A stretch of 64,000 nt of DNA from Pseudomonadota bacterium (lineage in GTDB: Bacteria; Pseudomonadota; Gammaproteobacteria; Thiotrichales; Thiotrichaceae). The stretch's first letter is position 1. Each line of letters opens with the position of its first letter. Shown here in pieces: positions 33,492 to 43,135 of the stretch. The position numbers were made by a program, and so were the translations under genes. The stretch is from NCBI GenBank assembly GCA_039797965.1, contig JBDKGX010000001.1, positions 18,563 through 82,562 on the forward strand, in the 5' to 3' direction. The notes below the pieces were generated by a model. That model was given only the letters and a program-made list of their open reading frames with translations. It was not told where the DNA came from and ran no database searches.

Positions 33492-34604
33492 TTATGCGGT
33501 AGCGTGTTGAGTACTTAAGTGTTCGTTTTCTAATAAAAAGTCAGCTAAAGCAAGAAAATCCTGACGTGGATAGCAGCGCCCCGCTACATTGAGAAACTCC
33601 AACTTTGAATTTTCACCAAAGTGCTTGAGTAGGTTACTTTCTCGAATCGCTACCGTGTCCGTGGGAATCAGTTGGAAATTCGGATCACCTACTATTTTAT
33701 TTAATAGGGTCTTAATCACCGACATTAATCTAATCGAGATAGAAGACGGTTCTGTTTTAAAGTTATTAACCAGCACAAAGATTTTGGCCTCTTTATTAAT
33801 TGCTCGGATTTGCTGATAGCTACGATTAAGTACTTCGGCATTTTGCCCAATCGATAAGGGCGATAACACCACAGGGCAAATAAAAATTTCAGCTTCACGC
33901 ATGATTTTTTCAGGGTTCAATACGAAAGCAGGCGAGCAATCAGCAACCACAATATCATATTGTTGTTTGACATTATTTAACCAGTCTTTTTCTTTAAATA
34001 CTTGTAACTCATAAGTATTGCCCGTTTTTTGATTGGGAATCTTTAGGCTGTCAGCAGAGGTCAAAAGATGCAGATTACATTCAGGGTCAATATCCAATAA
34101 AGCAACATTTTTACCGCCTAGTGCCAAAGCACCTGCTAAATGAGCGCTGACAGTGGTTTTGCCTACTCCACCTTTGGCGGTAAAAATAGCAATTTTCACG
34201 GGTTCTTTAGGTTGAGGGGCTTTAGGCAAGGTCACATTGGAATCGGTATTAAATTTAATAGTATTTTTTTGATGATCGTACTCACCTAAAAATAGCTTTT
34301 TCTTGCCGTCACTTAAGGCTAATGCATGTGAGGAGTCGGTAAAACCATTGAGTGATACAATAATGCCTTTTTCAAATTTACTTTCCTCACAAAACTCTAA
34401 AAAGCGCCCTACTGTATTAGCAGGTACTTTCTTTTTCCAAGCCTTTACTTGGACAGGAATAGAGGTACCGTTTTTCTTCATAATAAAGTCAAAACCGGGT
34501 TCATTTTGACGATCATTATCAATGACTTCATACCCATTGCTACGAAATAACGCTTGGATATGTTGTTCAAAGCCGAGGGAGTCCCATGAGTTTGGCATAG
34601 ACAT
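33492..34604 (-). CDS. Mrr-type restriction endonuclease domain fused to a ParA/Soj-type ATPase
   Basis: N-term FEQHIQALFRSNGY...GFDF...VQVK...GFT; C-term KGGVGKTT, DIDPECN, DCSP. Confidence 0.8.
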   Translation of the reverse strand: MSMPNSWDSLGFEQHIQALFRSNGYEVIDNDRQNEPGFDFIMKKNGTSIPVQVKAWKKKVPANTVGRFLEFCEESKFEKGIIVSLNGFTDSSHALALSDGKKKLFLGEYDHQKNTIKFNTDSNVTLPKAPQPKEPVKIAIFTAKGGVGKTTVSAHLAGALALGGKNVALLDIDPECNLHLLTSADSLKIPNQKTGNTYELQVFKEKDWLNNVKQQYDIVVADCSPAFVLNPEKIMREAEIFICPVVLSPLSIGQNAEVLNRSYQQIRAINKEAKIFVLVNNFKTEPSSISIRLMSVIKTLLNKIVGDPNFQLIPTDTVAIRESNLLKHFGENSKLEFLNVAGRCYPRQDFLALADFLLENEHLSTQHATA

Positions 34605-34826
34605 AGTGAGGGGTTCCTTATTTTTTATATATTCTATGCCCCTATAATCTAAATTAGCCTATATAAAAGTCAATCTGGATTAGATGAGAGGAGTGAGCGA
34701 GTAAAGGGGTTTTATTTTTAATTAAGTTTTTGATTTTTATATTAAATAATGACTTGCTGAGCTATGTTTGGACGCAAACTAAATAGCTATTGATGTGCCT
34801 TGCTTTTTAAGCCGCTGATTTAGTAT

Positions 34827-34848
34827 TATTTCAACTATTATTGAAATA
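34827..34848 (+). promoter_or_regulatory. Putative ArsR operator
   Basis: Inverted repeat tatttcaa-N6-ttgaaata just upstream of the ars operon RBS. Confidence 0.6.
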
Positions 34849-34871
34849 TTGAAATTAAGGAGCCAGTACTG

Positions 34872-35360
34872 ATGAAACGCTTTCATGTGCATCTCTCTGT
34901 CACTGATTTAGCTAGTAGCATTCGATTCTACTCAGGTTTATTCGGTACAGAGCCTACTGTCACTAAAGACGACTACGCTAAATGGATGCTAGATGACCCA
35001 CGCATCAACTTTGCCATCTCACAGCGCGGTGCTCCGGTGGGTTTAAATCATCTTGGGTTTCAAGTTGAATCCAATGAGGAACTGGAACAACTCAATCAGC
35101 AATTGCAAGGTTTGCAATCTGAAGTGATTGAGGAGAAAAATACGGCATGTTGCTATGCCAAATCAGATAAGTACTGGATTAATGACCCGCAGGGCATTGC
35201 GTGGGAGCAGTTTCATACCTTGGATAGTATTCCGGTATTTGGTGAAAAAGTGGCTGACTCACAAGCGAGTTGCTGTGTACCTGTGACTATTCAGCCTATG
35301 ACCAAAGCGGTAAGTACTTGTTGTACGCCTACCCACTCCACCTCATCGCAGTGCTGCTAA
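34872..35360 (+). CDS. arsI: ArsI/CadI-family VOC metalloenzyme (C-As lyase-like)
   Basis: MKRFHVHL, DYAKWMLDDP, NHLG, vicinal CCYA, DPQGIAWE; extra CC pairs in the tail. Confidence 0.8.
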   Translation: MKRFHVHLSVTDLASSIRFYSGLFGTEPTVTKDDYAKWMLDDPRINFAISQRGAPVGLNHLGFQVESNEELEQLNQQLQGLQSEVIEEKNTACCYAKSDKYWINDPQGIAWEQFHTLDSIPVFGEKVADSQASCCVPVTIQPMTKAVSTCCTPTHSTSSQCC

Positions 35361-35372
35361 GGAGTGAGTACT

Positions 35373-35786
35373 ATGTCCTTACCCACTGTTTTAATTTTAT
35401 GTACGGGCAATTCCTGCCGCTCGCAAATGGCAGAAGCCTTACTCAATCATGATTTAGCGGGCAAAGTGCGCGCCATCTCCGCAGGTACTCGCCCCCAACC
35501 TCACGTAGCAGCCGGAGCGCTTGAAGCGTTGCGTTTAGTAGGGATTAGTACAGAGAGCTTATACCCTAAAGACATCGATAGCTTTAGTGCTGAATCGATT
35601 GATCTCGTGGTGACCGTCTGTGACAACGCCAAAGAAGCTTGCCCGATTTTCCCCAATGCTAAAAAAACCATTCATTTACCGTTTCATGATCCGCACGGTG
35701 AACCCATCGAAAGTTTTGAACGGGTACGCGATGAGATACGAGCGCGTTTAATTCCAGTGGTGCGTGATGCTTTGGGAGGCGTTTAA
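35373..35786 (+). CDS. arsC: Thioredoxin-type (LMW-PTP fold) arsenate reductase
   Basis: CTGNSCRSQMAE, VTVCD...EACP, DP motif. Confidence 0.88.
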   Translation: MSLPTVLILCTGNSCRSQMAEALLNHDLAGKVRAISAGTRPQPHVAAGALEALRLVGISTESLYPKDIDSFSAESIDLVVTVCDNAKEACPIFPNAKKTIHLPFHDPHGEPIESFERVRDEIRARLIPVVRDALGGV

Positions 35787-35789
35787 CTC

Positions 35790-36857
35790 ATGTCAGCTCA
35801 ATGTGAAACGGTAATAAAAACCCAAACTCGGCAACCAATGGGGTTTTTCGAGCGTTATCTTACAGTGTGGGTAGTACTTTGTATTGTGGTTGGCATTGGT
35901 TTAGGAGCATTGTTTCCTAAGGCATTTCAAGCTATTGCTAGTATTGAAGTGGCTCAAGTTAATTTGCCTGTCGCCTTACTCATTTGGCTGATGATTATTC
36001 CGATGCTCTTGAAAATTGATTTTGGGGCTATGAAGGAAGTTAGTCAGCATTGGAAAGGGATTGGCGTGACGCTGTTTATTAATTGGTTGGTGAAACCTTT
36101 TTCAATGGCATTGTTGGGATGGTTCTTTATTCGAGTACTGTTTGCCGAATGGCTGCCTGCTGAACAGATTGATAGTTATATTGCAGGCTTAATTTTATTA
36201 GCCGCCGCCCCTTGCACCGCGATGGTCTTTGTATGGAGTCATTTATCTGAAGGCGAGCCGCATTTTACCTTGTCTCAAGTGGCTTTGAATGATGCGATTA
36301 TGATCGTAGCCTTTGCGCCATTGGTGGGATTTTTGTTGGGAATTGCGGCGATTACTGTGCCGTGGAGTACTTTGTTTTTATCAGTGCTAATTTATATTGT
36401 GATTCCAGTGATAGTGAGCCAAGTCCTTCGAGCCAATCTAATCCAGCACGGTAAATTAGACAGTACTTTAAAGACTATTCAACCGTGGTCATTAGCAGCG
36501 CTTTTAATAACACTAGTACTACTGTTTGGTTTCCAAGGACAACAAGTCCTTCATCAGCCTATCGTTATTCTCTTATTAGCGATTCCGATCTTAATCCAAG
36601 TGTATTTTAACTCAATGCTGGCGTATGGCTTAAATCGTTACTTTGGGGTGGCGCATTGTGTAGCAGCACCTTCGGCGTTAATTGGAGCGAGTAATTTTTT
36701 TGAGTTAGCCGTCGCCACTGCTATTGCCTTATTTGGCTTTCATTCCGGTGCAGCGTTAGCGACCGTGGTGGGCGTGCTGGTTGAAGTACCTGTAATGCTG
36801 TCTGTGGTTACGATTGTGAATCGTAGTAAGGCTTGGTACGAGCGCGGTTTGTCTTAG
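35790..36857 (+). CDS. acr3: Acr3-family arsenite efflux permease
   Basis: FERYLTVWV, APCTAMVFVW, GASNFFELAVA, GVLVEVPVM. Confidence 0.95.
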   Translation: MSAQCETVIKTQTRQPMGFFERYLTVWVVLCIVVGIGLGALFPKAFQAIASIEVAQVNLPVALLIWLMIIPMLLKIDFGAMKEVSQHWKGIGVTLFINWLVKPFSMALLGWFFIRVLFAEWLPAEQIDSYIAGLILLAAAPCTAMVFVWSHLSEGEPHFTLSQVALNDAIMIVAFAPLVGFLLGIAAITVPWSTLFLSVLIYIVIPVIVSQVLRANLIQHGKLDSTLKTIQPWSLAALLITLVLLFGFQGQQVLHQPIVILLLAIPILIQVYFNSMLAYGLNRYFGVAHCVAAPSALIGASNFFELAVATAIALFGFHSGAALATVVGVLVEVPVMLSVVTIVNRSKAWYERGLS

Positions 36858-36884
36858 CAATAGAGTGATACCTCAGTACTCCTT

Positions 36885-37199
36885 CTAACATAGGCATTGA
36901 GGTACTGAGCAGTGGTCTCCACTACAACAGTTTTCTGTTAAGTACTGAATCAAATGATTCATCTCATTAAACAGGGCGGTATAAATGACATAACGCCCTT
37001 CTTGTCGTGAAGTCACCAGCCCCGCATGTACTAATTCTTTCATGTGAAATGATACTGAGTTCGGCGCCATTGCAGTTAATTCACTGATTTTTCCTGCATT
37101 TAAACCCGATTGACCCGCTTGGATGAGTTGTCTATAAATCATTAAACGTGATTCGTGCGCTAAGGCACTCAAACATTTTACTACCGACTTAGAATCCAT
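36885..37199 (-). CDS. arsR: ArsR/SmtB-family repressor (C-terminal CC type)
   Basis: LSALAHESRL, SFHMKELVHAGLV, YLTENCC. Confidence 0.88.
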   Translation of the reverse strand: MDSKSVVKCLSALAHESRLMIYRQLIQAGQSGLNAGKISELTAMAPNSVSFHMKELVHAGLVTSRQEGRYVIYTALFNEMNHLIQYLTENCCSGDHCSVPQCLC

Positions 37200-37306
37200 A
37201 CTTTAGTACTCCATTACACAAAGGACTTATGCTACCTGAAAATAGCTTTTAGATTGAGTTTGTCTCATGATTAGTAACAATCAGTCAGGCGTAAGGTGAA
37301 GCAGCA

Positions 37307-37909
37307 ATGGGGCAAGTACTCTGGATAGCGATTTTTTGGGGTGTTTTGGCGTGGTCAGCTTATCAGCCACATGATTATTTCACTTGGTTTTTAGAGGTGA
37401 TTCCGGCGTTGATTGGCTTTGCAGTACTGGCGGCTACTCGTAAATCGTTTCCGCTTACGCCATTGTTGTACGCTCTGATTTTAATCCATTGCCTGATTTT
37501 GATGGTGGGTGGGCATTACACTTATGCGGAAGTCCCTCTGTTTAATGATTTCAAAGAGTGGTTTGGCTTTGAGCGTAATAATTACGATAAGGTCGGGCAT
37601 TTTGTCCAAGGCTTTGTTCCGGCGATGATTGCGCGTGAACTGATTATTCGTAAGCATATTATTAATGGACGCGGCTGGATGAATTTTTTTATTGTGTGTT
37701 TTTGTCTAGCATTCAGTGCGTTTTATGAGCTGATTGAGTGGTGGGTGGCAATAGGTACAGGGGATTCAGCTGAGGCGTTTTTAGGGACGCAAGGCTATGT
37801 GTGGGACACACAATCAGATATGGCATGGGCTTTAGGAGGGGCAATCGTAGCACTGCTGACGTTGAGTAAAGTACATGATCAACAACTACAACGTTTTGTG
37901 AGTACTTAA
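37307..37909 (+). CDS. DUF2238/YjdF-like membrane protein
   Basis: GGHYTYAEVP, RNNYDKVGHF, FLGTQGYVWDTQSDM. Confidence 0.85.
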   Translation: MGQVLWIAIFWGVLAWSAYQPHDYFTWFLEVIPALIGFAVLAATRKSFPLTPLLYALILIHCLILMVGGHYTYAEVPLFNDFKEWFGFERNNYDKVGHFVQGFVPAMIARELIIRKHIINGRGWMNFFIVCFCLAFSAFYELIEWWVAIGTGDSAEAFLGTQGYVWDTQSDMAWALGGAIVALLTLSKVHDQQLQRFVST

Positions 37910-37992
37910 CCCCAGTACTTTGATGATACGCAATGCAATCATGAAGTACTTTGTCATACTCGTGTTATAGCCAATTGTCACCGAGATGACTG

Positions 37993-38250
37993 ATGAATAT
38001 TAAGACCCTCATGCGGATTATGTACACCTTAATCGGTATTGGTATTGTGATGATTATTACAGGTATTAGCCTGATTCTCTTTACCGATATTTATATTAAG
38101 CAAGGGGTGCAAGGTATTTTCTTGATTGCGGGACTCATTGCAGGCGGTTTATTTTTGTCACTGCCTGCTAAGTTATATCTAACCCTGCAATTAATGCGTA
38201 TAAATGATGAAGCACTGCAAGCCCAACGCGCACGGGGTGAGATTCGCTAA
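37993..38250 (+). CDS. Small two-TM hypothetical protein
   Basis: Two hydrophobic helices; GAG RBS. Confidence 0.65.
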   Translation: MNIKTLMRIMYTLIGIGIVMIITGISLILFTDIYIKQGVQGIFLIAGLIAGGLFLSLPAKLYLTLQLMRINDEALQAQRARGEIR

Positions 38251-38265
38251 AGTACTCCCATTTCC

Positions 38266-38928
38266 TTATTGAGGCGTACTTTGTAAACCATAGTTTTTAA
38301 ATTTACTAATATTAATAGCGATTTCTTCATCACTGAGAATATGGGGATTGCCAATTTTTAAGCTGTGATAGTATTGTCTGGCTAAGGTTTCTAATTCAAT
38401 TGCTAACCATAAAGCTTTAGCTAAATCAGCTCCCCCCACTACCATACCGTGATTAGCCATTAAGCATCCTAACCGATCTTCCATCGCGTTAAGTACTTGG
38501 TGTGATAAGGCTTCTGTACCAAAAGTGGCGTAGTCAGCACAACGGATATTATTCCCCCCAAACGCGGCAATCATATAATGCACGGCTGGAATTGCTTGGC
38601 GAGTAATAGCTATGGAGGTGGCATAAATCGAATGCGTATGGATGACTGCATTAATATCAGGGCGAGTACTGAGTAAATCCTTATGAAATCGCCATTCCGT
38701 GGAGGGCTTAAAACGCCCTTGCCATTCACCGTCGGGATTATCTAACTCCATATAAGTAATCGCATCGGGCACTAATTCAGTATAAGGAATACCTGAGGGT
38801 GTGATGAGCATTCCAGAACCGTAACGCACGGATAAGTTACCAGAAGTACCTTGATTAATCCCACTCTGATTCATTTCAATCGCATGATGAATGAGTTGCT
38901 GGCGTAATTTAAATTCGGTTTCTGTCAT
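38266..38928 (-). CDS. Class II aldolase/adducin family (fuculose-1-P aldolase-like)
   Basis: GTSGNLS, ITPSG, KPSTEWRFH, HTHS, NHG metal ligands. Confidence 0.88.
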   Translation of the reverse strand: MTETEFKLRQQLIHHAIEMNQSGINQGTSGNLSVRYGSGMLITPSGIPYTELVPDAITYMELDNPDGEWQGRFKPSTEWRFHKDLLSTRPDINAVIHTHSIYATSIAITRQAIPAVHYMIAAFGGNNIRCADYATFGTEALSHQVLNAMEDRLGCLMANHGMVVGGADLAKALWLAIELETLARQYYHSLKIGNPHILSDEEIAINISKFKNYGLQSTPQ

Positions 38929-38938
38929 GCTGAGTACT

Positions 38939-39430
38939 TTAAGCCTCTTCTGATTCGTAAATGGGTAAATAAGTACGTGAAAATACTTGTTTAATGGTTA
39001 GGGTTGACTCGACTTTGGCGACTACGGGAATGATGCCAATTTTGTTAGTGAGGAAAGCCCCATAGCTTTCTAAGTCTTTTGCCACAATTTTAAGTACGTA
39101 ATCATAGCTGCCAGTAATAACCGCGCACTCAATCACTTCCTCTAATCCAGAAACCGCTTTTTCAAATACGTCGGCACTCGCACAGGTATTCCCCGCAATT
39201 TGAATGAATGCCAACGCTTGTACTTGTAGACCAATCGTTTTAGGTTCGATTAATGCGCTATAACCTTTAATCACACCTGATTGTTCCAGCTTTTTAACTC
39301 GACGCAAACAGGGGGTATCGGATAAATGTACTTGCTCCGCTAGTTCTGCAATCGTCATGCGACCTTGGCGCTGAAGCAGATTAAGGAGTTGTTGGTCTTT
39401 TTTATCGATAAAATAGGTTTTATTAGGCAT
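38939..39430 (-). CDS. Lrp/AsnC-family regulator
   Basis: GRMTIAELAEQVHLSDTPCLRRVKKLE, TGSYDY. Confidence 0.92.
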   Translation of the reverse strand: MPNKTYFIDKKDQQLLNLLQRQGRMTIAELAEQVHLSDTPCLRRVKKLEQSGVIKGYSALIEPKTIGLQVQALAFIQIAGNTCASADVFEKAVSGLEEVIECAVITGSYDYVLKIVAKDLESYGAFLTNKIGIIPVVAKVESTLTIKQVFSRTYLPIYESEEA

Positions 39431-39676
39431 ATCTAACTCGTATTTTTTAATTTATAGAGATAAATGCTATTTTAACCTTATTCTTTAATGAAAATACAAT
39501 GATTTTTGCTAACTCAATCTTAGCTAAGAGTATAGAAGATTAGGTCTAATTAACATCGTCATTGAAGACAAAATATAACTATAAATCACAAAGGCATGTG
39601 ACGACGCTGTCATTGAACGTTAGAATAGTACTCTTTCTATAAATTTTTGTACTGATTGGTTTTAGGAGTCGATTCC

Positions 39677-41527
39677 ATGCCCGTTTACCGTTCCCGTACC
39701 TCAACAGGTGGTCGCAATATGGCAGGCGCTCGTGCGCTGTGGCGTGCCACTGGCATGAAAGATGAGGATTTTAGTAAACCTATTATTGCGATTGCGAACT
39801 CCTTTACTCAATTTGTACCAGGTCATGTGCATTTGAAAGATTTGGGGCAATTGGTCGCGCGTGAAATTGAAGCCGCAGGTGGCGTGGCGAAAGAGTTTAA
39901 TACCATTGCTATTGATGACGGTATCGCAATGGGACACAGCGGTATGCTGTATTCCTTACCTTCGCGCGAAGTCATTTCCGATGCGGTCGAGTATATGGTC
40001 AATGCCCATTGTGCCGATGCGATTGTATGTATTTCTAACTGCGACAAAATAACCCCCGGTATGCTCAATGCCGCCATGCGCCTTAACATTCCTGTGGTGT
40101 TTGTGTCAGGTGGCCCCATGGAGTCGGGTAAGGCTTTAATTTCGGGTAAAACCGTTAAGCTTGACTTGATTGATGCAATGGTTTCAGCCGCTAATCCTAA
40201 AGAAACTGACGAGAACGTTGCCAAGATGGAGCGTTCAGCATGCCCAACGTGTGGCTCCTGTTCGGGGATGTTTACGGCTAACTCGATGAACTGTTTAACC
40301 GAAGCCTTAGGTTTGAGTCTACCTGGCAATGGTTCGTTGCTAGCTACTCATGCGGATCGTGAAGAACTTTTCAAGCGTGCGGGACGTGTAGCGGTTGAAC
40401 TCTGTAAGCGTTATTACGAACAAGATGATGACTCTGTATTGCCACGTAATGTTGCGACCTTTGAAGCCTTTGAAAACGCCATGAGTTTGGATATTGCCAT
40501 GGGCGGCTCTACTAATACTGTACTGCACTTATTAGCAGCAGCGCGTGAAGGTAATATCAATTTCACAGTAGCTGATATTGATCGTCTAAGCCGTAAAGTA
40601 CCTAATCTTAGTAAAGTGGCACCCGCTACCCAGCTTTATCATATGGAAGATGTACACCGTGCAGGCGGTATTATGGGTTTACTGGGCGAGTTAGATCGGG
40701 CAGGATTGATTCATCGTGAGTGTAAAACGGTACATAGTGCGACATTAGGCGATGCTTTAGATCAATGGGATATTATGCGTAATCCTAGTGAAGCGGTACA
40801 AACCTTCTTTAAAGCCGCTCCCGGTAATGTTCCTACTCAAGTAGCTTTTTCGCAAAACAAGCGTTGGGATAGTCTCGATAATGACCGTGCGAATGGCTGT
40901 ATTCGCAGTAAAGAGCATGCGTACTCTCAAGACGGTGGCTTAGCCGTATTGTTTGGCAATATTGCTGAAGAAGGTTGTGTGGTGAAAACGGCGGGTGTTG
41001 ATGCGAGTATTCTAACGTTTTCAGGGCCTGCTCGTATTTTTGAATCGCAAGATGATGCAGTCGCCGCGATTTTAAATGATCAAATTCAAGCGGGTGATGT
41101 CGTACTCATTCGTTATGAAGGCCCACGTGGTGGCCCTGGTATGCAAGAGATGCTTTATCCGACGTCATATTTGAAATCAAAAGGTTTGGGTAAGGTGTGC
41201 GCCTTGATTACCGATGGGCGTTTTTCTGGCGGTACTTCAGGATTATCCATTGGTCACGTATCACCGGAAGCTGCCGAAGGGGGCGCCATTGGTTTAGTGC
41301 AAGAAGGCGATATGATCGATATTGATATTCCTAACCGCACTATGAATTTACGGGTTGAGATGGCAGAGCTGGCTAAACGTCGTGATGAGATGAATACCAA
41401 AGGCAATAAAGCGTGGAAACCTGTTAATCGTGAGCGCTATGTCAGCGCTGCACTAAAAGCCTATGCCGCTATGACCACCTCAGCGTCACATGGCGCGGTG
41501 CGTGATGTATCGCAATTGGAGCGCTAA
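39677..41527 (+). CDS. ilvD: Dihydroxy-acid dehydratase
   Basis: [37 protein letters not shown]; AGGAG RBS before 39677. Confidence 0.97.
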   Translation: MPVYRSRTSTGGRNMAGARALWRATGMKDEDFSKPIIAIANSFTQFVPGHVHLKDLGQLVAREIEAAGGVAKEFNTIAIDDGIAMGHSGMLYSLPSREVISDAVEYMVNAHCADAIVCISNCDKITPGMLNAAMRLNIPVVFVSGGPMESGKALISGKTVKLDLIDAMVSAANPKETDENVAKMERSACPTCGSCSGMFTANSMNCLTEALGLSLPGNGSLLATHADREELFKRAGRVAVELCKRYYEQDDDSVLPRNVATFEAFENAMSLDIAMGGSTNTVLHLLAAAREGNINFTVADIDRLSRKVPNLSKVAPATQLYHMEDVHRAGGIMGLLGELDRAGLIHRECKTVHSATLGDALDQWDIMRNPSEAVQTFFKAAPGNVPTQVAFSQNKRWDSLDNDRANGCIRSKEHAYSQDGGLAVLFGNIAEEGCVVKTAGVDASILTFSGPARIFESQDDAVAAILNDQIQAGDVVLIRYEGPRGGPGMQEMLYPTSYLKSKGLGKVCALITDGRFSGGTSGLSIGHVSPEAAEGGAIGLVQEGDMIDIDIPNRTMNLRVEMAELAKRRDEMNTKGNKAWKPVNRERYVSAALKAYAAMTTSASHGAVRDVSQLER

Positions 41528-41529
41528 GC

Positions 41530-42030
41530 GTGAATGAAATAGATGAATTACCCGATGAGTTTAGCCGCCAAAAGCGTAAAAACGAAGTCGAGGCGTGGCA
41601 ACAAGCAGGTGAGCGCTTAATCAAATTAAGCGACCCACAACTTAAGCAACTTGATTTGCCGGAGGAAATTTATGATGCAGTGGTTGAGGCTAAACGCTTA
41701 ACCGCTAATGGTGCCATTCGCCGCCAACGCCAATATATCGGGCGTTTAATGCGTGAAGATGAAGACCCTGATGGCATTGTAGCTCGTCTACAGGCATTGG
41801 AAGGTAATGCCCGTAATCAAGTAGCTAAAATGCATGTGATTGAGCGTTGGCGTGATCGTCTAATAGCTGACGAAAATGTTTTGGGTGAGTTGATTGAAAT
41901 GTATCCTAATGCAGATATGCAACGGTTACGTTCATTAATTCGTAACGCTCATAAAGAAATTGCCAACAATAAGCCACCTAAAAGTAGTCGAGAATTATTC
42001 GCAGCATTACGTGAATTAATTTTGGATTAA
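41530..42030 (+). CDS. yjgA: Ribosome biogenesis factor YjgA/DarP
   Basis: SRQKRK, RRQRQYIGRLMR, ERWRDRL, LRSLIRNA..E. Confidence 0.9.
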   Translation: MNEIDELPDEFSRQKRKNEVEAWQQAGERLIKLSDPQLKQLDLPEEIYDAVVEAKRLTANGAIRRQRQYIGRLMREDEDPDGIVARLQALEGNARNQVAKMHVIERWRDRLIADENVLGELIEMYPNADMQRLRSLIRNAHKEIANNKPPKSSRELFAALRELILD

Positions 42031-42039
42031 CTCTAAAGA

Positions 42040-42076
42040 TCAAGCCACCTAGATTAATATACCTTAGGTGGCTTGA
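42040..42076 (+). terminator. Hairpin/terminator after yjgA
   Basis: tcaagccaccta / taggtggcttga, 12-bp perfect stem. Confidence 0.7.
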
Positions 42077-42347
42077 ATCATAGCCTTTTATCTCATTAAA
42101 CTAATAAATAAAACCTTTTGTCTTAGTGAGTTTAGATTTCGTCATATAAGTAATCGCCCACTTATACTAGGTTCTTTAGTATGAAATGGATGGGTTAATA
42201 AAAAGTTGGAAACCTTTTATTAGTTACCAATCGTTAATCATATATATAGAACTGCATATTGTTTGATAATGTATTTTATTTATACCTATAAATATCTTGT
42301 TAATAAATGTAAGTAAACATTATCAATGTTGTATAAGGAGATATTCC

Positions 42348-42899
42348 ATGAGTTTAAATATCAACGGCTTTTCAAGCAGTAATGCTTATCCTATTACGAA
42401 TAATTTTACGACTTCGTATAGTAGTCCCTTCTTAGGATTTAATACTACAGGCTATTGGCCTGTGGGTAATTACAACTCTGCTTTGTCTAGTATTGCGGGC
42501 AATACGCTAAGCAGTATTTCAGGTTATCCATCGTTTACCTACACGGCTCCAACGTTCTCTTATACCCCTGTTGAATTGCCTGATGCGAGTTTGCTAATGG
42601 AGCAATCCTCGAATCAGTCGAGTCAGGAAGGTAATGGTTTGTTTGGTTCATTGTTAGGTGGGCTTGCACAAGGTGTACACTCTTTAGCTGAATATACGGT
42701 TGGAGCTTTGGGTCTACAATCGATCTTTGGTCCGCTGGTTGATGACCCAATTATTCACCCATTGCTATGGGATCCGTTATCTCGTATTACAGGCTATGAT
42801 GTAAGTAAGCATCCTAGTGGTGTTGATGACGTGTCAGATCCACTTGGGATACGGGGTGGGGATAGCACTGATGGTGGTCTTTTAGGTGGACTATTATAA
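42348..42899 (+). CDS. Leaderless Ser/Gly-rich, Cys-free hypothetical protein
   Basis: AAGGAG RBS then MSLNINGFSSSNAYP...; LFGSLLGGL and GGLLGGLL motifs. Confidence 0.75.
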   Translation: MSLNINGFSSSNAYPITNNFTTSYSSPFLGFNTTGYWPVGNYNSALSSIAGNTLSSISGYPSFTYTAPTFSYTPVELPDASLLMEQSSNQSSQEGNGLFGSLLGGLAQGVHSLAEYTVGALGLQSIFGPLVDDPIIHPLLWDPLSRITGYDVSKHPSGVDDVSDPLGIRGGDSTDGGLLGGLL

Positions 42900-43084
42900 T
42901 ATAAGCCTGTCAAAAACAGCTTAATTAATATTAGGGCTTTACAGGAGTCCATTGATAAAGTGGGCTCTTGTTTATTCATTATTTTATAGGTTTGAGTAAA
43001 ATAAAGTTTTTTATTAAGAAGTACTCTTCTGCATTAAAGAAATTCAATTTTTTATTTGATAGGTTTAGTAAAATTACTAGACTT

Positions 43085-43117
43085 AAAAAAGCCGCTGTAC
43101 AATTTGAGCGGCTTTTT
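43085..43117 (-). terminator. Intrinsic (probably bidirectional) terminator
   Basis: aaaaagccgct / agcggcttttt with A/T tracts on both sides. Confidence 0.8.
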
Positions 43118-43135
43118 ATGAGTAATGAGTGTTAA

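Noticed and set aside
39431-39676. Leader-peptide attenuator for ilvD (and for ilvA at 53854-53961)
   Set aside because: No Ile/Leu/Val-rich leader followed by a terminator hairpin; both are short divergent promoter regions
39823-40329. 168-aa minus-strand ORF and the many other 60-130-aa ORFs inside long genes
   Set aside because: Fully nested in well-identified conserved genes (ilvD, nadE, icmF, liuB, etc.) with no recognisable motifs
42208-42235. ECF-like promoter GGAAACC-N17-CGTT upstream of the 42348 gene
   Set aside because: Single instance in AT-rich DNA; I could not find a matching copy upstream of the caspase-sigma operon or the other low-complexity genes
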